From a bacterium (GTDB lineage Bacteria; Electryoneota; JAOADG01), in assembly GCA_963681965.1 (NCBI GenBank), contig OY820579.1, forward strand, positions 1,792,001-1,856,000: 64,000 nucleotides of DNA. Direction: 5' to 3'. Each line of letters starts with the position of its first letter. Position 1 is the first letter of the stretch. A program made the translations under genes and the position numbers. Under the pieces are notes generated by a model. It saw only the letters and a list, made by a program, of their open reading frames with translations, made no database searches and was not told the DNA's origin. This document shows positions 1 through 8,858 of the stretch, in pieces.

Positions 1-1049
1 CGGATGGCTCATGGAAACGTCCGATTTATTTTGCTGCGACGGTATCGAACAATGCGATGACCGGTTTATCGAATTTCGGAGTGATGGAAGGGTTGTCTTT
101 CCGGATCCAGCCGAGACCCCGCGATAGCCGCATCAATCCCGATATGATGTTCGAGATGTTGATTCATAAGTTCAAGAACAATTATCGTCACTTGAATGAT
201 CCGGCAGTTTACTACAACGAAAACGAATCGCGATTGTTGCAGAATTATCGCAGTTGCTTCCTACAGTTGGCGTTTTACTACTATCAAGGTATCATCGATC
301 CTGCCGAACGATCGAAATCATCGGGAATCGCGAAGGCGCAATGGGAAGATCGCTTTAAAGAGTTACCTGCTCGCGAAAAGACTCTTTTCTTGTTGGATCG
401 GATGGAAGAAATTATTCCTACTTCGGTCGTTCCATTCGATATGCCTGAATTGGTGATGCAAGTTGGCAAGATTTACAACGATTTAGGTCGTCCCGAAGAA
501 ATGCGGAAGCGACTCGAATTGATGAGCCAAAATGCCGCTCCAGACGATATCGAGAATCAAATCTTGTTGGCTGGTTCGTACGAACAGTATATGAATCGTC
601 CCGACGAAGCTCGAAAAATCTATTCGCGCATTTTCGGTAGCACTCCTGGTGCGGAAGATCTGTACCATGCCGGTGAAGTGCTATACAAGAGTGGTTTGGA
701 TTCCGCTGCAGCACGTAAGTTTACCGAAGCTTTGCAACGCGGTAATCTTGCCGGTGAAAAGCAGATGCGGGTGGTTTCTTACATGATGCAGATGGGTCGG
801 TATGCCGATGCCCAGAATGTTCTCGAACCGATGCATCAGGGAAATCCCGAGGATGGTCAAGCGCTTGGTGCGTTGGTTGCTCTGTATGAACGAACGAATC
901 AAATTGATAAGATGATTCCGTTATTGTCGGATTGGGTTGCCAAACATCCACAAGACAAAGGTGCCGCCGAACGATTGGAATCAGCTAAGAAATCGGTTCC
1001 GAATTTGGCAAAATCGGTGAAACCGTCGAAACCATCGAAACGTAAATAA
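1..1049 (+). CDS. DUF2723/TMEM260-like (putative protein O-mannosyltransferase) C-terminal part with TPR repeats; 5'-truncated by window edge
   Basis: The frame is open from nt 3 and reads DGSWKRPIYFAATVSNNAM...; WKRPIYF is typical of the soluble region of DUF2723 proteins. The C-terminus has TPR-like helical repeats. The stop overlaps the next start (TAATG). Confidence 0.7.
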   Translation, partial: DGSWKRPIYFAATVSNNAMTGLSNFGVMEGLSFRIQPRPRDSRINPDMMFEMLIHKFKNNYRHLNDPAVYYNENESRLLQNYRSCFLQLAFYYYQGIIDPAERSKSSGIAKAQWEDRFKELPAREKTLFLLDRMEEIIPTSVVPFDMPELVMQVGKIYNDLGRPEEMRKRLELMSQNAAPDDIENQILLAGSYEQYMNRPDEARKIYSRIFGSTPGAEDLYHAGEVLYKSGLDSAAARKFTEALQRGNLAGEKQMRVVSYMMQMGRYADAQNVLEPMHQGNPEDGQALGALVALYERTNQIDKMIPLLSDWVAKHPQDKGAAERLESAKKSVPNLAKSVKPSKPSKRK

Positions 1050-2104
1050 TGATGTTGGATCTGAAACGACTGCTCACTGTGGTTATTCCCCACAATGGCG
1101 GCTCGGAAATGTTGCTTGATTGTTTGCATTCGATCGCGCGGGACCCTGATGGGGTTCCGCGCGTATTGATTGTAGACAATGCTTCGCCGGACGATTCGAT
1201 TGCGATTGCCCGGTCAAAATTCGACTGGATCGAGATCCTTGAATCGGAAACCAATCGTGGTTATGCCGGTGGCTGCAATTTTGGATTAGCGGCAGTGAAT
1301 ACACCTTATGCATTATTGCTTAATAACGATGTCGTGGTCGAACCGGGCTGCTTCGCAACGATGGTGGAGCGCTTGGAGGCGCAGCCCCGGGTAGCAGCAG
1401 TACAACCGAAGATTCGATCCTTCCAGAAGCCGGATTATTTCGATTACGCTGGTGCGACAGGCGGATTGTTAGATTGCGATGGTATTCCCTTCGCATTTGG
1501 TCGCATTCTTGATTGTATGGAAATCGATCACGGTCAGTATGACGAGGCGCGAGATATTTTTTGGGCGTCTGGAACAGCAATCGTTCTGCGCATGGATGCA
1601 CTCCGGGAGGTAGGGTTCCTCGAAGAGGATTTTTTTGCTCATCAAGAGGAAATTGATCTCTGTTGGCGATTGCAAGCACGGGGCTGGTTGATCCAAACCG
1701 TGCCTAAAGCTACACTATTTCACCGTGGTGGAGCGACTTTGAACCGTTCTAGCAATCGAAAACTCTATTTAAATCATCGCAACAGTCTCTTGATGTGGTT
1801 GCGAAACAACGAGAAAATATCGGTATATACAGTAAGTCGTCGGGTCACGCTTGAATTTGCTGCATTTGGTGCTTACCTTTGTCACGGGGATTTTCAACGT
1901 GCTCGGCATCAAGTCGCTGCGTGGCGGTCGGTGTTAGGGCGATTGTCCCCTACCCTACGCGAGCGTCGGCGGCTACAGCTAGAGCGAGTAGTGTCCGACG
2001 TGTGTTTTCCGGGACGTTACGCCGGTTCGGTAGTATGGCAATACTACTTTCGACGACGGCGCTTCACGGCGGATTTTTTCCATTTTCATCTACGAGGAGA
2101 GTAA
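1049..2104 (+). CDS. Glycosyltransferase family 2 (WbbL/rhamnosyltransferase-like)
   Basis: GT2 motifs VVIPHNG, IVDNAS, NRGYAGGCN, LLNND, FFAHQEEIDLCWR. Confidence 0.9.
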   Translation: MMLDLKRLLTVVIPHNGGSEMLLDCLHSIARDPDGVPRVLIVDNASPDDSIAIARSKFDWIEILESETNRGYAGGCNFGLAAVNTPYALLLNNDVVVEPGCFATMVERLEAQPRVAAVQPKIRSFQKPDYFDYAGATGGLLDCDGIPFAFGRILDCMEIDHGQYDEARDIFWASGTAIVLRMDALREVGFLEEDFFAHQEEIDLCWRLQARGWLIQTVPKATLFHRGGATLNRSSNRKLYLNHRNSLLMWLRNNEKISVYTVSRRVTLEFAAFGAYLCHGDFQRARHQVAAWRSVLGRLSPTLRERRRLQLERVVSDVCFPGRYAGSVVWQYYFRRRRFTADFFHFHLRGE

Positions 2105-2108
2105 AACT

Positions 2109-2840
2109 ATGCATGTGCGACTGGGAACGGTTCTCTTGATTGGGTTGCTTTCGCTGGCGATGGTTGTTTCTGCTGCCGACTTGAATCACAAGTACGGCGT
2201 GGAACTGCGCGGCGGTTATGGCACGATCGCAATGAAGGATGTTAATAACCAGACCGATTCGCTGTGGGGTCGTGGCGTGACCTCTGCAACAAAGCTGAGC
2301 GGAACCCCGTCTTTTGGAGTGTCGATTCTGTACCGCACGGATCCGCGCTTTTTGTGGGAATTTGGTTACAACGCTTTACCGGGTGGCGAGTGGAAAGCCA
2401 AACAAGCCGGAACCGGCAAAGAATCATCTTTGAAGATTAGCGGAAGCGAACTATTCATTCTTCCGACTTATCTCTTGATTGCCAACGACAATTTCACACT
2501 CGGTATCGGTGCAGGTCCCGATTTCGCATTCGTTAATGCAAATCGTTCTGGCGATATGGTCAGCATGAACTTCTCCAATGCCTCCGGTCGTACCGTTGGC
2601 GGTATGGTTAAGCTGAATGCTGAACTCGCGATGGGCAAAAACAACGCTTTGTCCCTGTCTGCTGGGTATCGTAATCACTACGTCGATCGTATTCATACTG
2701 AAGACGATGCCGGAACCCGTACTTACGTCGGTATTTCTACCGATGCAACGGCGCAGAATCTTCCGATCGACATGTCTGGTGCATTTTTCCAGGTTGGCTG
2801 GCGTTTCTATTATAGCCCCTCCAATTGGAAAGCCGAATAA
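2109..2840 (+). CDS. Small outer-membrane beta-barrel protein (OmpA/OmpW-like, about 8 strands)
   Basis: Signal peptide ending VVSA, alternating amphipathic strands, and a terminal strand AFFQVGWRFY followed by a short tail. Confidence 0.7.
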   Translation: MHVRLGTVLLIGLLSLAMVVSAADLNHKYGVELRGGYGTIAMKDVNNQTDSLWGRGVTSATKLSGTPSFGVSILYRTDPRFLWEFGYNALPGGEWKAKQAGTGKESSLKISGSELFILPTYLLIANDNFTLGIGAGPDFAFVNANRSGDMVSMNFSNASGRTVGGMVKLNAELAMGKNNALSLSAGYRNHYVDRIHTEDDAGTRTYVGISTDATAQNLPIDMSGAFFQVGWRFYYSPSNWKAE

Positions 2841-2852
2841 GATAGAATTCGA

Positions 2853-3797
2853 TTGATGGAACGACTGCGGCGAGTTGCGGTCGAAATGTGTCCGGTCTGT
2901 GGTGCACAAGATTTTCGCCGATGGTTGTCGTTACCCGATCGTTTCCGGTTATCCGCTGAAGAAGCGTATCCGCTAGCGGAATGCAGGCGGTGCGGAGTCA
3001 GTTTCTTACAAGAACTGCCAGCAGCTGAGCTGCTGGCTTCTTGTTATCCGGAAGAAGGGTACGACCCGTTTATGTCTTCGGGTGGTCCGAGGTCATTATT
3101 AGACCGGATTTATATTTCACTGCGACATATCTCATTGGCGATACGTTTTCGACGGCTGGGACGCCCTCGACACGGGAATCGATTACTCGATGTCGGTTGC
3201 GGCACTGGCGAGTTTTTGGTGCATGCGCGAAAACGAGGATGGATCGGACAAGCGGTGGAACCATCGGCGAATGCTGCCGAACTCGTCAAAAAGAATGGTT
3301 TTGAATGTTTCAATGGCGATTTACCGGCTTTTCCAGTCCCCGAGCATAAATTTAACGGGATCACATTCTGGCACAGCCTCGAACATGTACCGGAACCGCG
3401 AAAAGTGCTGGAAAAAGCCGTTAGTATGTTAGCTGAACGCGGTCGAGTGGTTATTGCCGTTCCAAATGCTACCTCGTGGGATGCAAGGATCTATCAAGAG
3501 GACTGGATCGCTTACGACGCACCGCGCCATTGTACGATGTTTACCCCCGATTCTTTGCGTTTTTTAGCAGAACAAAGTGGACTACAAGTTAAGTCAGTCA
3601 GTGGTCTGATCTTCGATCTGGCATATAACTTGGTGCACAGTGAGCGTCTTCGAAAACAGCGTAGCGGTAAATTTGATTGGTATTTTCCACTCCGACTTTT
3701 ATGGGCAGCTTTACCAGCCGCTGTTGGTGGAGAAGCAGGCGCATCGGTGATCGTATTGGTTGCGGAAAAACCAGTCGTTAAGAAATTGTCCCTCTAG
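2853..3797 (+). CDS. Class I SAM-dependent methyltransferase with N-terminal Zn-ribbon (glycan-locus type)
   Basis: CPVC...CRRC, LLDVGCGTG, FWHSLEHV, IAVPN motifs. Confidence 0.9.
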   Translation: MMERLRRVAVEMCPVCGAQDFRRWLSLPDRFRLSAEEAYPLAECRRCGVSFLQELPAAELLASCYPEEGYDPFMSSGGPRSLLDRIYISLRHISLAIRFRRLGRPRHGNRLLDVGCGTGEFLVHARKRGWIGQAVEPSANAAELVKKNGFECFNGDLPAFPVPEHKFNGITFWHSLEHVPEPRKVLEKAVSMLAERGRVVIAVPNATSWDARIYQEDWIAYDAPRHCTMFTPDSLRFLAEQSGLQVKSVSGLIFDLAYNLVHSERLRKQRSGKFDWYFPLRLLWAALPAAVGGEAGASVIVLVAEKPVVKKLSL

Positions 3798-3853
3798 CAC
3801 TATTAGGTTAGTATTCTTATACTTACATAAAAATTCTAATTGGCGAGATATCT

Positions 3854-4753
3854 TTGCGAGTATTGGTCACAGGTGGTGCCGGTCGTCTTGGTCGAAAACT
3901 GCTTCCAGAACTCTTCTGGAAAGGGCATGAAGTCGTTGCTATCGATGTGATCCCCATCCCTCCCCAAGAAAATCATCACTGGAAATCATCCGCTTTGGAT
4001 ATTACCGATTCAACCGCGGTAGATACGTATATCCAAGCCATTAAACCGGATGTGGTGATCAATACGGTTGCGATGACAAATGTCGATCTCTGTGAGACCG
4101 AGCGTGAGAAAGCTTATCGAATCAACGCCGATGTACCCGCCAAATTGGCAAATATTTGTCGAAAACATGATATTTACCTCATTCATGTTTCCACAGATTT
4201 TGTTTTCGATGGCAAAGCTGGACCTTATCCAGAATCAGCTTTACCTAATCCGATTAGCTATTACGGTCGCTCGAAATTAGCCGGCGAAAACGAAGTACTG
4301 GGCGAAAACCGACACTTTGCTGTCGTTAGAACCTGCGTCTTGTTTGGATATGAACCGGAAACAGCCCCGGACTTTGTAACTTGGTTGCTCTCGAAGCTTC
4401 GGCATAGCGAACCGGTTAAAATTGTCACCGATCAATTTTCCTCACCCACCCTAACCGACAGTTTAGCGACTGGTCTCCGTCAAATGGTAGAACAAACTCC
4501 CAGCGGCATATTTCATTTAGTGGGGAAAAGCTATTTCAGTCGGTTTGAAATGGCGATCGAGATCGCTACTATTGCCAACCTTTCCAAGGAACTGATCGAA
4601 CCGGTCGATGGTTCGAGTTTTGTACAAGCAGCTCAACGACCCAAATTGGGTGGATTGTTACCAGAACGAGCGGTTCGGGAGTTAGGGTTCAATGCATTGA
4701 CCTTTCAAGATGCGATGAAAATGTATTTCTCACAAGAGGCGGTTAGAAATTGA
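3854..4753 (+). CDS. rfbD: dTDP-4-dehydrorhamnose reductase-like SDR
   Basis: GGAGRLG Rossmann motif, VSTDFVFDG, YGRSK catalytic YxxxK, DQFSSPT; TTG start. Confidence 0.8.
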   Translation: MRVLVTGGAGRLGRKLLPELFWKGHEVVAIDVIPIPPQENHHWKSSALDITDSTAVDTYIQAIKPDVVINTVAMTNVDLCETEREKAYRINADVPAKLANICRKHDIYLIHVSTDFVFDGKAGPYPESALPNPISYYGRSKLAGENEVLGENRHFAVVRTCVLFGYEPETAPDFVTWLLSKLRHSEPVKIVTDQFSSPTLTDSLATGLRQMVEQTPSGIFHLVGKSYFSRFEMAIEIATIANLSKELIEPVDGSSFVQAAQRPKLGGLLPERAVRELGFNALTFQDAMKMYFSQEAVRN

Positions 4754-5529
4754 ATAATCAATACATCAACTTAGGAACACTGCAAGTGCCTCCCTCACGT
4801 TCTGATATACCACTCCGCAAAACGGTGATTGTCATTCCGACTTATAATGAGATCGAGAACATCGATCGTTTACTAACAACACTCAAGGATATGAATTTCG
4901 ACTTACATATCCTTTTTGTCGACGACAATTCACCCGATGGAACGGCTCAGCGAATTCAGCAATGGCAACAATCGGATCCGTGGATTCATCTTCTGCAACG
5001 ACCCGGCAAACAGGGCTTAGGTTCGGCATACGTTGCCGGATTTAAGTGGGCGTTACAAAATGGCTATGAACGAATCTTCGAGATGGATGCCGATTTATCC
5101 CACAATCCCAATGAAATACCGAATTTTTTACATGCCGCCGAAACTGCGGATCTCGTCATTGGGTCGCGGTACATCGCCGGTGTGAATGTGGTGAATTGGC
5201 CTCTCTCACGGTTGCTTCTGTCATATGGTGCTTCGCTGTATACGCGCACGATAACTGGCATGCCAATTAAAGATCCTACTGGAGGATTCAAGTGTTTTCG
5301 ACGCGAAGTATTGGAGAACATTAATCTTGATTCGGTTAAATCAAATGGATACAGCTTCCAGATTGAAATGAATTTCAAAACTTGGCGAAAGAAATTCAAT
5401 GTCAAGGAAATTCCAATTATTTTTATCGATCGAGCAGTGGGAAAATCGAAAATGTCGAAAGCTATTGTCCGCGAAGCTGTCATTATGGTTTGGCGGTTGC
5501 GTTGGCTTGCGATGACCGGACGCATCTAA
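4750..5529 (+). CDS. Polyprenol-phosphate mannose synthase (Dpm1/Ppm1-like GT2)
   Basis: VIPTYNE, VDDNSPDGT, GLGSAY, EMDADLSH, GSRY, GYSFQIE, IFIDRAVGKSKMS. Exact start codon uncertain. Confidence 0.9.
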   Translation: MNNQYINLGTLQVPPSRSDIPLRKTVIVIPTYNEIENIDRLLTTLKDMNFDLHILFVDDNSPDGTAQRIQQWQQSDPWIHLLQRPGKQGLGSAYVAGFKWALQNGYERIFEMDADLSHNPNEIPNFLHAAETADLVIGSRYIAGVNVVNWPLSRLLLSYGASLYTRTITGMPIKDPTGGFKCFRREVLENINLDSVKSNGYSFQIEMNFKTWRKKFNVKEIPIIFIDRAVGKSKMSKAIVREAVIMVWRLRWLAMTGRI

Positions 5530-5530
5530 G

Positions 5531-7174
5531 ATGACACCGACTGATACAATAACAATTTCGGTTGTTATCGTAAATTTCAATGTTCGGTATCTCTTGGAGC
5601 AGTGCCTATTGTCCTTGCGGAGAGGCATTGAATCACTCAAACTTCAAATTATTGTTGTCGACAATGCGTCGTCGGATAACTCGATTAATTATCTAAAAGA
5701 ACGGTTTCCCGAGGTTGAATTTGTTGCGTTAGCTGAAAATATGGGTTTCGCCAAAGCGAACAATATCGGATTAGCTAAATGCATCGGCGAATACATATTA
5801 ATTCTCAATCCTGATACTGTACTAGTTGAAGACACCCTGCCTAAATTGACTGATTTTCTTAAATCCAATCCATCTTGTGGGTTAGTAACTCCGAAATTAA
5901 TAAGAAAAGATGGCGCCCTCGATCTGGCTTGTCGCAGAGCGCTTCCAACGCCGTGGGTGGCGTTCTCGCGGATTAGTGGTCTAAGTAATATCTTTCCTAA
6001 GTCTAAATTATTTAGTCAATATAATTTAACTTACCTCGATTGCGATCAACCAGCTCGGATCGGTTCATTAACCGGTGCATTCATGCTCATGCCAAGCGAA
6101 GTTTATCGAAAAGTGGGAGGTTTCGACGAGCAGTTCTTCATGTATGGGGAAGACATCGATTTTTGTGCGCGAGCTGCCCAGGCAGGTTATGAAATCCATT
6201 ATCGACCGGAAGCGACTGCAATCCACTACCGGGGTGAATCGACCCGCAGAAGTAGTTTAGATCGCACCGATGTGTTTTACAACGCGATGCTCCTTTACGC
6301 TCGAAAGCATTATCGAGGCGGATCGAAAAAAATTGGTTTACCATTATTGCAAACTGGAATCTTTTTCGCAAAAGCAGGCTCTCAAATCCTTCAAGGGTCA
6401 CGTTTGATCTGGCCGGTAATGCTGGATGCGGTTTTAATCGCAATCGCGTTAAATTTCGGGCAGTTGTTGCGATGGGGTTCGCAACTAGATTTACTCTTGG
6501 ATTTTCGCGTTTTAGTTGCTTATATCATTTTTGTGGTGCTTTCGTTAACTGCTGCGGGAGCTTATTCGGAATCGGTCAAGCAACTCCCGAAAGCAGCGTT
6601 TAAAGGAACGGTACTTGGATCTTTTGTAGCAGGTACGTATACTTTCTTTTTGCTTCAAGGATATATGTTTAGCCGGTTGGTAGTGCTCATCTCAGCATTA
6701 TTATGGTGTATTTTTCTGCCTGGGTGGCGTTTTTTATTGCTTCAAATGGCAAAAACCTCTTGGGCTAGAGGATTATTGCGTCGATCGGCGATTATCGTAG
6801 GTACGGATAGTTTAGCGAAATCGATCGGCGAACAATTTCAACACCAGCAGGGCGAATATGAAATTGTTGGATTTGTACGTTACCGTAATGAAGTTGTAGA
6901 TTCAAGTTTTGGATATGATCCATTAGGATCGACTGACGAACTCGATCGGATTGTTGAAACCGAGCGTGTGTCGGATGTATTTTTTTCTACCGGTGGTGCA
7001 TCGTATGCGGAAATTGTCGCACTGGCGAACCGCTTGGCACCACAAGGAGTTCATTTTAAAGTGCTATCGGCGGAAGCGCCAGGCTCGGCATTACCGTTAT
7101 TTGGGGTCGATTGGCAAACACCAATTGGCATCCGCGGATTAATGCGGCGTGTGCAGCGACGCTGGGGGTTATAA
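5531..7174 (+). CDS. GT2 glycosyltransferase fused to a 4-TM + Rossmann-like (CoA_binding_3/WcaJ N-terminal-like) module
   Basis: N-terminal IVNFN, VVDNAS, LNPD, FFMYGEDID. The C-terminal half has hydrophobic helices then RSAIIVGT...IVGFV...LGSTDELDRIV. Confidence 0.85.
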   Translation: MTPTDTITISVVIVNFNVRYLLEQCLLSLRRGIESLKLQIIVVDNASSDNSINYLKERFPEVEFVALAENMGFAKANNIGLAKCIGEYILILNPDTVLVEDTLPKLTDFLKSNPSCGLVTPKLIRKDGALDLACRRALPTPWVAFSRISGLSNIFPKSKLFSQYNLTYLDCDQPARIGSLTGAFMLMPSEVYRKVGGFDEQFFMYGEDIDFCARAAQAGYEIHYRPEATAIHYRGESTRRSSLDRTDVFYNAMLLYARKHYRGGSKKIGLPLLQTGIFFAKAGSQILQGSRLIWPVMLDAVLIAIALNFGQLLRWGSQLDLLLDFRVLVAYIIFVVLSLTAAGAYSESVKQLPKAAFKGTVLGSFVAGTYTFFLLQGYMFSRLVVLISALLWCIFLPGWRFLLLQMAKTSWARGLLRRSAIIVGTDSLAKSIGEQFQHQQGEYEIVGFVRYRNEVVDSSFGYDPLGSTDELDRIVETERVSDVFFSTGGASYAEIVALANRLAPQGVHFKVLSAEAPGSALPLFGVDWQTPIGIRGLMRRVQRRWGL

Positions 7175-8133
7175 TGGAAACACTATTTCTCGATTTTGAA
7201 AAGAGAATTGCCGAAATCGAACAGGAGATTGATAATCTCCGCAACAACAGCAAACTAGATGCCGAAGATAAAGAACCATTAATTGCGAAATTGGAAGAAA
7301 AGACTCGCAAAGAGATGGAAAAAACTTTCTCGAATCTTACACGATGGCAGAAAGTTCAATTAGCTCGGCATCCTCGACGTCCTTATTCACTCGATTATAT
7401 CAAGCAGTTCGATCCCGACTTTTTGGAACTGAACGGCGATCGTGGATTTCGCAATGACCGTGCGGTTGTCGGCGGACTGTGTAATATCGACGGTATCCCG
7501 GTGATGGTGATCGCTCAGCAAAAAGGGCGAGGAACCAAAGAAAACCTACTTCGCAATTTCGGTATGAGTCATCCGGAAGGGTATCGTAAAGCGATGCGCT
7601 TGATGAAAGTTGCGGAACGGTTCAGCGTACCGGTCGTTTCGTTGATCGATACTCCTGGTGCTTATCCCGGTATCGGCGCTGAAGAGCGTGGTCAAGCAGA
7701 AGCAATTGCCCGCAATCTATTCGAGATGATCAATCTCAAGACACCGACTATTACGGTGATCATCGGCGAAGGCGGTAGCGGTGGCGCTTTGGCTTTAGCT
7801 GTCATGGATCGCGTTCTAATGATGGAATTCGCGATCTATTCGGTGATATCACCCGAAGGGTGCGCATCGATTTTGTTCCGTGACAGCTCGCAAGCAGAAA
7901 AAGCTGCGGAAAATCTAAAAATCACTGCCAATGATCTGGAGTCTCTCGGTGTAATCGATGAAATCATTCCAGAACCGTTGGGTGGTGCTCACCGTGACTA
8001 TTCGACTGCTGCCATCAACGTTCAGAAAGCGATCGGACGTAATCTCCGCGAGTTGATGGCGATCCAAAATCCCGATTGGCAGCAAATGCGCATCGAGAAA
8101 TATTCAAAGATGGGAGTATTTACGGTTGACTGA
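7174..8133 (+). CDS. accA: Acetyl-CoA carboxylase carboxyltransferase subunit alpha
   Basis: LDFEK, ARHPRRP, NFGMSHPEGYRKA, DTPGAYPG, GEGGSGGA, YSVISPEGCASIL. Start re-called to the ATG overlapping the upstream TAA. Confidence 0.97.
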   Translation: METLFLDFEKRIAEIEQEIDNLRNNSKLDAEDKEPLIAKLEEKTRKEMEKTFSNLTRWQKVQLARHPRRPYSLDYIKQFDPDFLELNGDRGFRNDRAVVGGLCNIDGIPVMVIAQQKGRGTKENLLRNFGMSHPEGYRKAMRLMKVAERFSVPVVSLIDTPGAYPGIGAEERGQAEAIARNLFEMINLKTPTITVIIGEGGSGGALALAVMDRVLMMEFAIYSVISPEGCASILFRDSSQAEKAAENLKITANDLESLGVIDEIIPEPLGGAHRDYSTAAINVQKAIGRNLRELMAIQNPDWQQMRIEKYSKMGVFTVD

Positions 8134-8593
8134 ACCGTGGATCATTACCACCTCAGTCCGGGTACGTTACGCCGACACCGATAAAATGGGTGTAATGTAT
8201 TATGGGCGCTATATGGAATTGTTCGAAGTCGGTCGTACCGAATGGATTCGCGCCTGTTGGCGACCTTATGTCGAAATCGAACGTGAAGGTGTTTTACTGC
8301 CGGTAGTGCATGCTGCAGCGACCTACCGGCAGAGTTTTCACTATGATGATCTAATCCAGATCCGGACTTTCCCAGTCGGAATACAGAAAGCTAGAATTAG
8401 ATTTGGATATGAACTATTTGGTGATAACGATCAGCAACCGCGAATTATCGGTCTAACTGAACACGCTTTTGTCGATGAATCCGGTAAGACCGTCAGAATA
8501 CCGAGTAAATTGGCGCAGCTACTATCCGGGCGCGTTCCCGAGCAGTTAACGAAATTCGATTTACGCGACCATCTGTTGTCTTCGAACGGGTGA
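8126..8593 (+). CDS. Acyl-CoA thioesterase (YbgC/4HBT hot-dog family)
   Basis: VRVRYADTDKMGVMYYGRYMELFEVGRTE signature. Confidence 0.92.
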   Translation: MTEPWIITTSVRVRYADTDKMGVMYYGRYMELFEVGRTEWIRACWRPYVEIEREGVLLPVVHAAATYRQSFHYDDLIQIRTFPVGIQKARIRFGYELFGDNDQQPRIIGLTEHAFVDESGKTVRIPSKLAQLLSGRVPEQLTKFDLRDHLLSSNG

Positions 8594-8692
8594 AACAAAC
8601 TAATTTCTGGAACATCTTAGCCCTAGCGACGTTGAATGTGAAGATAACAGTGTTTCGAATCACTTTTTCTGTGAATTGACTATCCAACGCTC

Positions 8693-8721
8693 TTGACAAT
8701 GCGTAACACCAAATGTAGATT
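8693..8721 (+). promoter_or_regulatory. Sigma-70-type promoter of the porU operon
   Basis: TTGACA (8693-8698), 17-nt spacer, TAGATT (8716-8721). Confidence 0.7.
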
Positions 8722-8815
8722 GTATCATATTATTGGAGAATGCCCTTAGCACCTTGCGACCGAACTAGGTTTGGCTAAATATAACCTGATCGACAACTCT
8801 GTCGATCACAGTTGT

Positions 8816-8846
8816 GCCGAACCTTGGGTTCGGTTTTTCGTTTGTT
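8816..8846 (+). terminator. Intrinsic-terminator-like hairpin inside the porU leader
   Basis: GCCGAACC-TTG-GGTTCGGT followed by TTTTCGTTTGTTT, just upstream of the porU RBS. Confidence 0.5.
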
Positions 8847-8858
8847 TGGAGAGATGGA

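Noticed and set aside
8783-8792. AACCTGATC in the porU leader, resembling TPP riboswitch P4-P5
   Set aside because: No upstream CTGAGA motif and no TAATGCC loop.
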